Shown one piece after another: positions 12,850-21,628 of a stretch of DNA of 64,000 bases (the stretch's first letter is position 1; each line of letters starts with the position of its first letter). The notes beneath the pieces were generated by a model, which saw only the letters and a program-made list of their open reading frames with translations, made no database searches and was not told the DNA's origin. The stretch is from Flavobacteriales bacterium (GTDB lineage Bacteria; Bacteroidota; Bacteroidia; Flavobacteriales_F; PHOS-HE28), in the NCBI GenBank assembly GCA_016788205.1, contig JAEUTA010000031.1, forward strand, positions 42,576 through 106,575. The letters run 5' to 3'. The translations under genes were made by a program, and so were the position numbers.

Positions 12850-14799
12850 ATGGTACGCAGAAGGAAGCCCCTTCTACTTCTCGGTGTGGTGCTCGTCGTG
12901 GTGCTGTCGGGAGCATGGACGGAGGCCAACCGACCCGTGCGCGGTCCTCACGGCAGACTAGCGCTTGCCCTTTTCCGCAGTGTGAGCGACACCTTACCGG
13001 TGCTGCGCAGCAACTACTTCTGGACGAGCGGCCGCTGTGCGGGGTGCCACGGACGTGACCTGCTGGGTGAGGCCAGCATCGACCCGGCCAACGGACGTGA
13101 TGTGAACGTGGTGAACGACTGGCGCAGCACCTTGATGGCGAACAGTGCGCGCGATCCTTTCTTCCGCGCGAAGCTGGACCATGAGGCGTTGGTGAACCCG
13201 GCACATAGCGAAGCGTTGAGCAACAAATGCCTGAGCTGCCATGCTCCGCTGGCCATGCACGAAGAACGTATGGCGGGCCGGCCGCCTTTCACCGCAGCCA
13301 TGTTGGACACCAGCGTGCTGGCCGGTGACGGCGTCAGCTGCCTGGCATGCCACATGCAAAGCCCCATTGATGCCGGTCACTTCTTCAGTGGCGACCTACA
13401 TTTCGACAGTGCCCATGTCTATGGGCCTTACGCAGATGACCAGATCGACCCGAACATCATGCAATCGTTCGTGGGATTCACACCCGGATTCGGCGATCAC
13501 ATGGTGAACAGCGAAGTATGTGCCGGTTGCCACACGCTGATCACGCAGACCGTGGACCTGCAAGGGAACACGACCGGTGATGAGTTCGTGGAACAAGCCA
13601 CCTACCATGAGTGGAAGAACAGTGTTTACAGCGCCAACGATGTACACTGCAACACCTGCCACATGCCGCGCGTGGAGGGGCCGGTGATCTTGGCAGCGGA
13701 GTATGCGTTCCTGCCTGGTCAAACACCGTTCGGACTGCACCACCTGGCCGGAGCGAACGTGCATATGCTGGAGATCATGAAGGCGAATCGTGAGGCTTTG
13801 CACATCCCTGCCACCGAAGAACAGTTCGACAGTACGATCGCGCGAACGAAGGCCATGTTGATGCAGCGTACAATGGATGTGGACCTCGATCCGATGGGAC
13901 GCACAGCGGACACCGCTTTCTTCGATGTGCGCCTGACCAACCGTGCAGGGCATCGCTTCCCGAGCGGATATCCTTCCCGTCGCGCCTTTGTGCGCCTTGT
14001 GGTGCGCAATGCGGACGGCGACACCGTTTTCGCCAGCGGTCTAGTTGATGATACGTTCGAAGTGCTCGGCCACGATACCCCATATGAGCCGCACCATGAT
14101 GTGATCCGCAGGGAGGAGGATGTGCAGATCTACGAGCTGGTGATGGGCGATGTGAACGGCGACCCGACCACCGTGCTGGAGCGCGCGAAAACCCCTTTGA
14201 AGGATGACCGTCTGGTACCCCTCGGCTTCACCACAACGCATGCGAGCTACGATACCATGCGTATAGCTGGCGTTGCGCTGAACGATATCGATTTCAATCA
14301 CGATGCGTTCGGGGCTGAAGGCAGCGGGACCGATGTTGTACACTACCATGTTCCCGTCAGCGGTGTAAATGGTGCTCTTCTGGCAACAGCACAGGTCTAC
14401 TACCAGCCTATACCACCCGCTTGGAATGCAGCGATGTTCGCCTTCAATTCCGCATACATCGATACGTTCCGCACCATGCTCGGCCAGAGCGATCATTCAC
14501 CCATCCTCGTGGCCGCCGACTCCATCGGCTTAGGACCGCTCGGTGTGGCGGCATCGTCGCTGGAGCGCATCACCGTATCCCCCAATCCGAGCCTTGACGG
14601 CACAGCGGAGATCCGTTTTGCGAGCCATGAACGGGTCGAACTCGTGACCGTCTACGATGCTCGAGGTGCGGTTCTGAGCATACCGACAGAGCGACGCAAC
14701 AATAGCCTGCGTCTGACACTACCGCCAGTAGCAGGCGTCTACTTGATACACCTGCTGGTGAACGGCAGCCCTGTGCTGAAGCGCATCGTTCGCCGATGA
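12850..14799 (+). CDS. Multiheme (pentaheme) c-type cytochrome with a T9SS C-terminal sorting domain.
   Basis: N-terminal signal/anchor (LLLLGVVLVVVLSGAWTEA). Five CxxCH motifs: CAGCH, CLSCH, CLACH, CAGCH, CNTCH. An HRFPSGYPSRR segment. The C-terminus has a Por/T9SS CTD signature (VSPNPS...VYDARGAVL...AGVYLIHLLVNGSPVLKRIV). Confidence 0.8.
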   Translation: MVRRRKPLLLLGVVLVVVLSGAWTEANRPVRGPHGRLALALFRSVSDTLPVLRSNYFWTSGRCAGCHGRDLLGEASIDPANGRDVNVVNDWRSTLMANSARDPFFRAKLDHEALVNPAHSEALSNKCLSCHAPLAMHEERMAGRPPFTAAMLDTSVLAGDGVSCLACHMQSPIDAGHFFSGDLHFDSAHVYGPYADDQIDPNIMQSFVGFTPGFGDHMVNSEVCAGCHTLITQTVDLQGNTTGDEFVEQATYHEWKNSVYSANDVHCNTCHMPRVEGPVILAAEYAFLPGQTPFGLHHLAGANVHMLEIMKANREALHIPATEEQFDSTIARTKAMLMQRTMDVDLDPMGRTADTAFFDVRLTNRAGHRFPSGYPSRRAFVRLVVRNADGDTVFASGLVDDTFEVLGHDTPYEPHHDVIRREEDVQIYELVMGDVNGDPTTVLERAKTPLKDDRLVPLGFTTTHASYDTMRIAGVALNDIDFNHDAFGAEGSGTDVVHYHVPVSGVNGALLATAQVYYQPIPPAWNAAMFAFNSAYIDTFRTMLGQSDHSPILVAADSIGLGPLGVAASSLERITVSPNPSLDGTAEIRFASHERVELVTVYDARGAVLSIPTERRNNSLRLTLPPVAGVYLIHLLVNGSPVLKRIVRR

Positions 14800-15614
14800 A
14801 CCTTCACCTGGCCTCCATCCATATCCACCCGGTGAAATCGCTCGGAGGCTTTCCTGTGGACCGCGCGCGCTTGACCGATCGCGGCCTTGAACACGACAGG
14901 CGTTGGATGCTCGTGGACGCCGAAGGACGCTTCATCTCGCAGCGCGAAATACCCGCGATGGCCTGTCTGCATTGTAAGCCAACGGCAAAAGGTTTCCAAG
15001 TGACGGACATCCGTGATGGCAGGCACCTGGACCTGCCCTGGGCATTGCAGAGCGGCTCCACCATGCCCGCTTCCGTTTGGGATGAACCCGTGGATGTGAT
15101 ACCTGCCCCGCCCGTGATGGCGAAGTGGTTCGCACAGCAACTGGGGGTGTCATGCACGCCCGTTTTCATGCCCGACGGCACGTTGCGACCTACGGACACG
15201 CGCTACGCCCAAGCCGTCACTTCGCTCAGCGATGGATTTCCCTACCTGATCCTCTCCCAGACCTCCCTGGACGACCTGAATAGCCGTCTTGGCGCTCATT
15301 CGCAGGTGTCCATGGACCGTTTCCGGCCCAATCTTGTCATCGCTGGGGGCACCGCGTTCCAGGAAGACGACTGGCGCCATATCCTGATCGGCGAGTATAT
15401 CTTCCACTTGGTGAAGCCCTGTGCGCGCTGCATAATCACTACTACCGACCAACGTACCGGTGCACGCGGCAAGGAGCCACTGGCCACACTATCACGCTAC
15501 CGCAGACGGGCGAGTGATGCCGCCAAGGTGGACTTCGGCATGAACGCGGTGGGGTCCATTGATGGCGTCTTGCGGGTGGGTGATGCGGTGAAGATGTACG
15601 AGGAGGGCTCTTAA
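14796..15614 (+). CDS. MOSC domain protein (YcbX/mARC-like molybdenum-cofactor sulfurase C-terminal domain, with an N-terminal beta-barrel).
   Basis: IHIHPVKSLGGFPV opens a MOSC_N beta-barrel; a C-terminal MOSC region follows (CARCIITTTDQRTG). Its start overlaps the cytochrome stop as ATGA. Confidence 0.8.
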   Translation: MNLHLASIHIHPVKSLGGFPVDRARLTDRGLEHDRRWMLVDAEGRFISQREIPAMACLHCKPTAKGFQVTDIRDGRHLDLPWALQSGSTMPASVWDEPVDVIPAPPVMAKWFAQQLGVSCTPVFMPDGTLRPTDTRYAQAVTSLSDGFPYLILSQTSLDDLNSRLGAHSQVSMDRFRPNLVIAGGTAFQEDDWRHILIGEYIFHLVKPCARCIITTTDQRTGARGKEPLATLSRYRRRASDAAKVDFGMNAVGSIDGVLRVGDAVKMYEEGS

Positions 15615-15623
15615 TTTGGCCCA

Positions 15624-16412
15624 ATGGTACACGCGCTGCTGGCCGACAAAGCCAACCGCCTGTTCGTGGTGCTCGCCGCCTTCTTCATCGCCAACGCGTT
15701 GATAGCCGAGATGATAGGCGTGAAGCTGTTCCAGTTGGAAAAGGCGCTCGGGTTGAACAAGGCGGACTTCCAACTGCTCGGACAGCAACACCTCTCCTTC
15801 GTACTCAGTGTGGGCGTGCTGCCATGGCCTCTGGTCTTCATCCTCACCGATGTGATCAACGACTACTACGGTGTTCGTGGCGTGCGCTTCCTCACCATGC
15901 TCACTGCAGTGATCATCGCGTTCGCATTCGTTGTGATGTACCTCGCCATCGGCATGCCGCCGGACATGGGTTGGTGGATCGGCAGCGGCGTGTCCTCCGG
16001 TGTTCCAGACATGCAAGCGGCCTTCGCGAACATCTTCGGGCAGAGCATGAACATCATCCTCGGCAGCATCACGGCCTTCATCGTCGGCCAGCTCGTTGAC
16101 GCCTTCATCTTCCGTCGCATCAAGCGCGTGACTGGCGACAAGAAGATCTGGCTGCGCGCCACGGGCAGCACGTTGGTGAGCCAGTTGATCGATAGTGTGG
16201 TGGTGACCTACCTCGCCTTCTGGGTACTGCGCGATATGTCGTTCCCCTTGGCGACGGCACTTGTTCTTACCGCGTACGCGTACAAGCTCACTGTTGCGCT
16301 GGTGGCTACACCACTTGTCTACCTCGCACACGCCGGTGTGGAGCGCTATCTTGGAAAGGAGAAAGCACACACCATGCGCACAGCCGCATTGCAGCGGGCT
16401 GATGAACAGTGA
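15624..16412 (+). CDS. yhhQ: Queuosine-precursor transporter, YhhQ/VUT family (DUF165).
   Basis: 262 aa polytopic membrane protein with the family's typical conserved segments (ILTDVINDYYG, FIVGQLVDAFIFRRIK). Confidence 0.8.
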   Translation: MVHALLADKANRLFVVLAAFFIANALIAEMIGVKLFQLEKALGLNKADFQLLGQQHLSFVLSVGVLPWPLVFILTDVINDYYGVRGVRFLTMLTAVIIAFAFVVMYLAIGMPPDMGWWIGSGVSSGVPDMQAAFANIFGQSMNIILGSITAFIVGQLVDAFIFRRIKRVTGDKKIWLRATGSTLVSQLIDSVVVTYLAFWVLRDMSFPLATALVLTAYAYKLTVALVATPLVYLAHAGVERYLGKEKAHTMRTAALQRADEQ

Positions 16413-16591
16413 TAGCCATGGCGAAGAAGAAAGCGATAACGAAAAAGGAACTGGACGCTATCGAACGTGCCGCCAAGCGCGAGGCGCAGAAAGCCGCAGG
16501 TGCGCTGGATGGTCGTTTCCGTCAGAAAGTGGTGCCCAACAAGAAGCGCAAGGCCGAAGGCAAGAAGAAGGTGAACCCCGACGCGGAATGA
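16409..16591 (+). CDS. Small lysine-rich basic protein (60 aa), hypothetical.
   Basis: MIAMAKKKAITKKELDAIERAAKREAQKAAG...KKRKAEGKKKVNPDAE. Its start overlaps the yhhQ stop as ATGA, and its stop overlaps the next ATG, so translational coupling supports it as real. Confidence 0.4.
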   Translation: MIAMAKKKAITKKELDAIERAAKREAQKAAGALDGRFRQKVVPNKKRKAEGKKKVNPDAE

Positions 16592-16620
16592 TGCGGCTAC
16601 CTTTGCAAGCGCACACCACC

Positions 16621-17040
16621 ATGTCCACCGAATTGCACGACCTCTACGTTGATGGCAAGAAGGCCAGCCCCGGCCTTCCCGACAGCGTGAAGAATTACCT
16701 GATCGACATCGACGGCACCATCTGCGAGGACATCCCCAACGAGGAACCGGAGCGCATGGTAGATGCCGTGATCTTCGACGGTGCACTCGAAACGTGCAAC
16801 CGTTGGTACGAGCAAGGGCACATCATCACGTTCTTCACGTCGCGTACGGAAGCGCATCGCGCGGTGACCGAAGCCTGGTTGAACAAGCACGGCTTCAAGT
16901 ACCACGGCATTCTCTTTGGCAAGCCGCGCGGTGGCAACTACCATTGGATCGACAATCACATCGTGCGCTCCACCCGTTACATGGGCACTTTCTCCGACAT
17001 GGTGGAGAAGCAGGTGACCATTCAGGTGTTCCCCGAGTGA
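16621..17040 (+). CDS. HAD-superfamily hydrolase-like small protein (DxDGT motif).
   Basis: LIDIDGTICEDIPNEE is a HAD motif I, followed by a ~140 aa core. An alternative start at 16588 (MMRLP...) is possible. Confidence 0.55.
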   Translation: MSTELHDLYVDGKKASPGLPDSVKNYLIDIDGTICEDIPNEEPERMVDAVIFDGALETCNRWYEQGHIITFFTSRTEAHRAVTEAWLNKHGFKYHGILFGKPRGGNYHWIDNHIVRSTRYMGTFSDMVEKQVTIQVFPE

Positions 17041-17041
17041 T

Positions 17042-18028
17042 CTAGCTTCCTGCTGGCGTCCACTTCTCGATCATCCCATCAACGGGCTTCACCGTCCGGA
17101 GGTAGGAGTAAATAGCGCCGAGATCCTCCTCGGTCATGCTTGCATACATCATCCATGGCATGGCGGTCTGCATATCGCCCCGTGCCCAATCCACGGGTGG
17201 TGCAACATAGCCGCTGTCCGCATACATCTTGAACCGCTGGATGAACTGCTCCTTCGTCCAACGCCCGATGCCACCATCTTCACTCGGAGTGATGTTGGGG
17301 GAGCGTAACAGGGAGCCGTTGGGGAAAACGAATTCGAACCCACCTGCGAACGGTTCGCCCACTTTTTCACCCTTTTCCATCTTCGTGTGGCATTCACCAC
17401 AACCGGCTGCATTGGTAAGGTAGGCGCCCAGCGCAAGTATATCCGAAGCTGCGGGGCGTTCGGTGGGTGCAGGCCTTGATGGAACCGTATGCAGGATAAC
17501 ACTAACAGGGAATACCGCCCGGCTCTCCGCCACTTGGTTCTCGATGGCCGGCACACTGCGCAGGTAAGCGATGATACTATACACATCCTCGGTGGCCAGC
17601 TTGTTGTAGTTCGGGTAGGGCATGACCGGGAAGAACGGATGACCATCCTTGCTGATGCCACTGGTCATGGCGCGGTACAATTCACCATCGCTCCACGAAC
17701 CCACGCCTGCCGGGGTGATGTTGCGCGAGAAGAAGGTACCGGGGAAGTTCATCGTCTCGTCGAACCGTTCGCCGCCTTTGCCCAAGGTTCCAGGGACCAT
17801 CGGTGCAGCGTAGGTGTTCCAATCGCGGGTGCTGTGGCAGTCCATGCAAACGCAAACACTGTTGGCCAGGTAGCGCCCGCGCTCTATCCGCTCAGGCGTG
17901 GGCTCCACCTTGAGATCGGCGGGCGCATCGATGTCGGGCAATGCGGTCGTGATGTAGGTGACCGCACCTACGCCGAGCAGTATGATCAACAGCAAAAGGA
18001 TGCCGAGCACCTTCAGGAACTTCTTCAT
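17042..18028 (-). CDS. Membrane-anchored diheme cytochrome c.
   Basis: N-terminal anchor MKKFLKVLGILLLLIILLGVGAV. Two CxxCH motifs (CMDCHS, CGECHT), each followed by Met-containing class-I-like domains. Immediately downstream of the YdeP-family gene. Confidence 0.8.
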   Translation of the reverse strand: MKKFLKVLGILLLLIILLGVGAVTYITTALPDIDAPADLKVEPTPERIERGRYLANSVCVCMDCHSTRDWNTYAAPMVPGTLGKGGERFDETMNFPGTFFSRNITPAGVGSWSDGELYRAMTSGISKDGHPFFPVMPYPNYNKLATEDVYSIIAYLRSVPAIENQVAESRAVFPVSVILHTVPSRPAPTERPAASDILALGAYLTNAAGCGECHTKMEKGEKVGEPFAGGFEFVFPNGSLLRSPNITPSEDGGIGRWTKEQFIQRFKMYADSGYVAPPVDWARGDMQTAMPWMMYASMTEEDLGAIYSYLRTVKPVDGMIEKWTPAGS

Positions 18029-18109
18029 GGGAGAGGATGAAGTGGTCACGTTAATGACCGTGTAGTGATGTTGCGCAGGGAAGGTAGGACTCCTCGGCGA
18101 CAAGCCACT

Positions 18110-20428
18110 TCAGCGCCTACGGATGGAGATCACCACGCTCTTGCTCGCCGGCGTTCCGCTCTTCTCGGCTTTCAAATGCAAGGGGACCAACACATTGGCC
18201 TCGGGGAAGTATGTGGCCACACAGCCTTTCGCGATAGCATATGGTAATACGAAAAAGTCGGTCGCAACGCGCTCGCGCTCGTAATTGCTCACCAGGTCAA
18301 CACGCTCGCGTTCGGCAAGGCCCATGGCGCTCATATCATCAGCGTGCATCAGCACGACGCGCCGTTCGCCGTGGATGCCACGGTAGTGATCATCCAATCC
18401 ATATATCGTGGTGTTGAACTGATCGTGCGTACGGATGGTCATCATCATGAATCTGTCCTTGGGGACATTCCAAGCAGGCGCGGCATCCACGCTGAAACTG
18501 GCCTTCCCTGTACCCGTGGTGAACCGCGCTCCATCGCGCGCGTCGTTAGGGAGCACGAAACCGTCAGGTGTCCGCACACGCTTGTTGAAGTCCTTGAAAC
18601 CCGGGATCACCGCTTCGATCTCCTCGCGGATGCGGTCGTGGTCACGTGCCCACTCCTTCCAACGCAACGATGGATGTTCCTTCAATGTAGCATCCGCAAG
18701 GCCGCAAACGATCCAGGGCTCGCTGCGCAAGTACGGTGATGCGGGCTCGTGCGCGCCTTGCGAACGATGGACAACGCTCATGCTGTCCTCCACCGTGACG
18801 AACTGCGGCTTCGCGCCAGTGGGCGCAACACCGTCCAGCGTGTATGGCATGTCGCGTTCGCTACGGCCCAGACACGGCAGGATCAGCGCCTCCTCACCCG
18901 TGATCACGTGACTGCGGTTGAGCTTGGTGCTGATCTGTACGGTGAGCGCACAGGTCATCATGGCCTTCGCGGTGACCTCGCTATCGGGTGTGGCGCTGAT
19001 GAAATTACCTCCCAGGGCGATGAAGACCTTGGCGCGTCCCGCATGCATCGCTTCGATACAATCCACCACATCGTAGCCGTGCGAGCGTGGCGCGGTGAAT
19101 TGATATCGACCGTCCAGCGCTTGAAGGAAAGTCTCTGTGGGCTTTTCGTAGATGCCCATGGTACGATCGCCCTGGACGTTGCTATGCCCACGTACGGGGC
19201 ATGCACCAGCACCCGGCTTGCCAAAGGCCCCACGCAACAACAACAGGTTGACCACCTGCCGGATGTTCGCCACGGCGTTCACGTGCTGCGTAAGACCCAT
19301 AGCCCAGGTGATGATGATCCTATCCGTGCCACAGATCAGATCAGCGAGCTCATGGAACTGCTGCAACGTGATGCCGCAGGTATCGGCCATCTCCTGCACA
19401 TCGATATTGCGTAGCTCGGCGATGAACGCTTCATGACCTTCGGTGCGATCGGCGATGAACGCGCGGTCGAACACGGTGCCTGGACGGGCTTCCTCCCGCT
19501 CCAGCAAGAGTCGCATGACCCCTTTCAACAGGGCCACATCGGTGTTGATCCTGAGCCCGATGTGCAGGCTGCTGAGCGCCGAACCGCCGCGCAACACCGC
19601 CAGCGGACTCTGCGGATCAACGAACCGTTGCGTGCCGGCTTCAGGCAATGGGTTCACGCTCACCACGCGACCGCCGTTCTCCACGCACTTCGTCAAAGCG
19701 CTCAGCATCCGAGGGTGGTTGGTACCCGGGTTCTGCCCCATGACGATGATCAGACCGGCGTTATGCAGATCATCCAGCGACACCGTGCCTTTGCCTACGC
19801 CGATAGTCTCATTGAGCCCGACACCACTGCTCTCGTGGCACATGTTGCTGCAATCGGGCAGGTTGTTGGTGCCGAACCGCCGAACGAAAAGCTGGTAGAG
19901 GTAGGCCGCTTCGTTGCTTGCGCGCCCGCTCGTGTAGAAGACCGCTTCGTTCGGCGAGGACAAGGCGCTCAGGTGCTGTGCAGCATAGGCGAGCGCTTCG
20001 CTCCATCCCATGGGTTCATAGTGCGAACTTCCTGCGCGCAGTATGAAGGGCTCGGTCAAACGCCCTGCCTTGCCCAGCTCATAGTCGCTCCAGTGGCTGA
20101 GTTCCTCCACACTGTGCTTCGCGAAAAAGGCGCGGTCCACACGCTTGGTGGTACCCTCTTCTGCGATGGCCTTCACCCCGTTCTCGCAATATTCGCCCAA
20201 GCGGCTCCGGTGGGCGGGATCGGGCCAGGCGCAACCCGGACAGTCGAAGCCATCCTTCTGGTTCAGCTTGTTCAGTATGCTGATGCCGTTGAGCACCCCG
20301 GTCTCCTCCTGCACATGAGCCAACGAACGCACCAACGCAGGCAGCCCTGCCGCGCGTTCCTGCTTGGGCACCAGCGCAAGACCCGTGTGCCTGTCGGGAG
20401 GAAGTAATCGGATGGAACGACGGTTCAT
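18110..20428 (-). CDS. FdhF/YdeP-family molybdopterin (bis-MGD) oxidoreductase.
   Basis: 772 aa. N-terminal Cys cluster (CPGCAWPD...C), MopB domain motifs, and end-to-end similarity to the YdeP/formate-dehydrogenase-like family (LPDCSNMCHESSGVGL). Confidence 0.85.
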   Translation of the reverse strand: MNRRSIRLLPPDRHTGLALVPKQERAAGLPALVRSLAHVQEETGVLNGISILNKLNQKDGFDCPGCAWPDPAHRSRLGEYCENGVKAIAEEGTTKRVDRAFFAKHSVEELSHWSDYELGKAGRLTEPFILRAGSSHYEPMGWSEALAYAAQHLSALSSPNEAVFYTSGRASNEAAYLYQLFVRRFGTNNLPDCSNMCHESSGVGLNETIGVGKGTVSLDDLHNAGLIIVMGQNPGTNHPRMLSALTKCVENGGRVVSVNPLPEAGTQRFVDPQSPLAVLRGGSALSSLHIGLRINTDVALLKGVMRLLLEREEARPGTVFDRAFIADRTEGHEAFIAELRNIDVQEMADTCGITLQQFHELADLICGTDRIIITWAMGLTQHVNAVANIRQVVNLLLLRGAFGKPGAGACPVRGHSNVQGDRTMGIYEKPTETFLQALDGRYQFTAPRSHGYDVVDCIEAMHAGRAKVFIALGGNFISATPDSEVTAKAMMTCALTVQISTKLNRSHVITGEEALILPCLGRSERDMPYTLDGVAPTGAKPQFVTVEDSMSVVHRSQGAHEPASPYLRSEPWIVCGLADATLKEHPSLRWKEWARDHDRIREEIEAVIPGFKDFNKRVRTPDGFVLPNDARDGARFTTGTGKASFSVDAAPAWNVPKDRFMMMTIRTHDQFNTTIYGLDDHYRGIHGERRVVLMHADDMSAMGLAERERVDLVSNYERERVATDFFVLPYAIAKGCVATYFPEANVLVPLHLKAEKSGTPASKSVVISIRRR

Positions 20429-20560
20429 GTGAGCGAAGGTAGCGGTGCGCTGGGCGGTCCATTGACCGGCTTCAATGTTAACCCAATATGAAGTTTGACC
20501 AAGGCCTGATCATTATTCACCGATGAATGGGATGATCGAGCGAACTTCACGGCACCTAAA

Positions 20561-20947
20561 GTGATCACCATGGGCTCTCCGGTACACGCTCCCGATCGGT
20601 ACAAGGAAGGTGGGTTGCGCACGGCGCTTCACCTCGGTAGTTCAGGTGCGTTGGAAGTGATGCGTGTTACACGCGCCATACCCACGGCTAACGGCGACCT
20701 GCTCTTCCTGGGCACACCTGCGCGAACAGGGAACACCGCTCGGAGCCTGCTCGTTTCCTTCGAAACAGAAGGCGTGCTTCCAGCTCCTACCATGGATCCG
20801 AGCAATGGTCGTATCCATTTGTTCTACCCGCGTAAGGACCACCCCGAAGTGCTGGCTTTATTGAACAGCAAGCGCGACCGATTCTGCTACTTCTGGCGGT
20901 CGGCCAAAGGTGACCAGACCCACGCGTGGCTGCTTAGTTCCAAGTAG
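20561..20947 (+). CDS. Hypothetical protein (orphan ORF in a 618 bp intergenic region).
   Basis: 128 aa ORF with no recognisable motifs. It is the only ORF of plausible size in the gap, but coding is uncertain. Confidence 0.25.
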   Translation: MITMGSPVHAPDRYKEGGLRTALHLGSSGALEVMRVTRAIPTANGDLLFLGTPARTGNTARSLLVSFETEGVLPAPTMDPSNGRIHLFYPRKDHPEVLALLNSKRDRFCYFWRSAKGDQTHAWLLSSK

Positions 20948-20950
20948 CTC

Positions 20951-20999
20951 TCAGGGTGCGGCTGCGCTCGTATCCGCAGACGGGATCGTGCACCCCTGA
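20951..20999. other. Nested stem-loop: an outer stem TCAGGGTGC / GCACCCCTGA enclosing an inner stem CTGCG / CGCAG.
   Basis: Inverted repeats read directly from the sequence, with no trailing T-run. It sits between the orphan ORF end and the convergent grpB end. A factor-dependent or structural terminator, or a small structured RNA, are both possible. Confidence 0.3.
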
Positions 21000-21046
21000 A
21001 CCTTCACCTAGCCGATACGGGCGCATATCCCCGTTCTTCGATCGCC

Positions 21047-21628
21047 CTAGCGCAATAGGCCAGCGCGTCCTTTGCGAAGCGTGGAGTGGATGAACTCCGT
21101 CTTGCCTTGCGTGTAGGCGACACGATCCTTGGCGAACTTCTTCGCCAACATGTTCTTCAGCGTCTCGTACGATGCCGCTTCCTCCGGATGCTTCCGTAGC
21201 AGATCACGGAAAACGATACGGTCCGCACTGACATGGTCCGGCGCTATGATGTGCACATGTTCCATGCGCTCACCGCGTTCATTCCGCAGAATGAACCATG
21301 CGTAATAGGGTTCACTCTCGCCCATGGAGCGACGCCAGATGAACTCATATCCCTGCTCCTCCATCATCGGCACCACACGCTCGCGTACCTCCTGCAAGTC
21401 ATTGACTTCAACCTGTACATCGATGATGGGTTTGGCGCTAAGGCCGGGAACGGCGGTGCTGCCGATATGCGCGATCCGTTGAACAAGGTTCTTCGGCAAA
21501 AGCTTCTTCAATCGTGCCTCCACTTCCGTGTAGCGTTGCGGCCAGCTGGGATCATAGGGCAGCACCGCGATGCGCTCCCGCATAAGTTCCTGAAGCCGCT
21601 TCTGTGGATCCTGCTGCTTCGGCTTCAT
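21047..21628 (-). CDS. GrpB-family protein (nucleotidyltransferase-fold, UPF0157).
   Basis: 193 aa with the GrpB signature region (IAHIGSTAVPGLSAKPIIDVQVEV...HVHII). Confidence 0.75.
   Translation of the reverse strand: MKPKQQDPQKRLQELMRERIAVLPYDPSWPQRYTEVEARLKKLLPKNLVQRIAHIGSTAVPGLSAKPIIDVQVEVNDLQEVRERVVPMMEEQGYEFIWRRSMGESEPYYAWFILRNERGERMEHVHIIAPDHVSADRIVFRDLLRKHPEEAASYETLKNMLAKKFAKDRVAYTQGKTEFIHSTLRKGRAGLLR

Noticed and set aside
18110-20428. A possible selenocysteine (in-frame UGA) in the YdeP/FdhF-family enzyme.
   Set aside because: The ORF is uninterrupted, and the catalytic-site position reads Cys (CSNMCHESSG region). No SECIS-like element was sought or needed.
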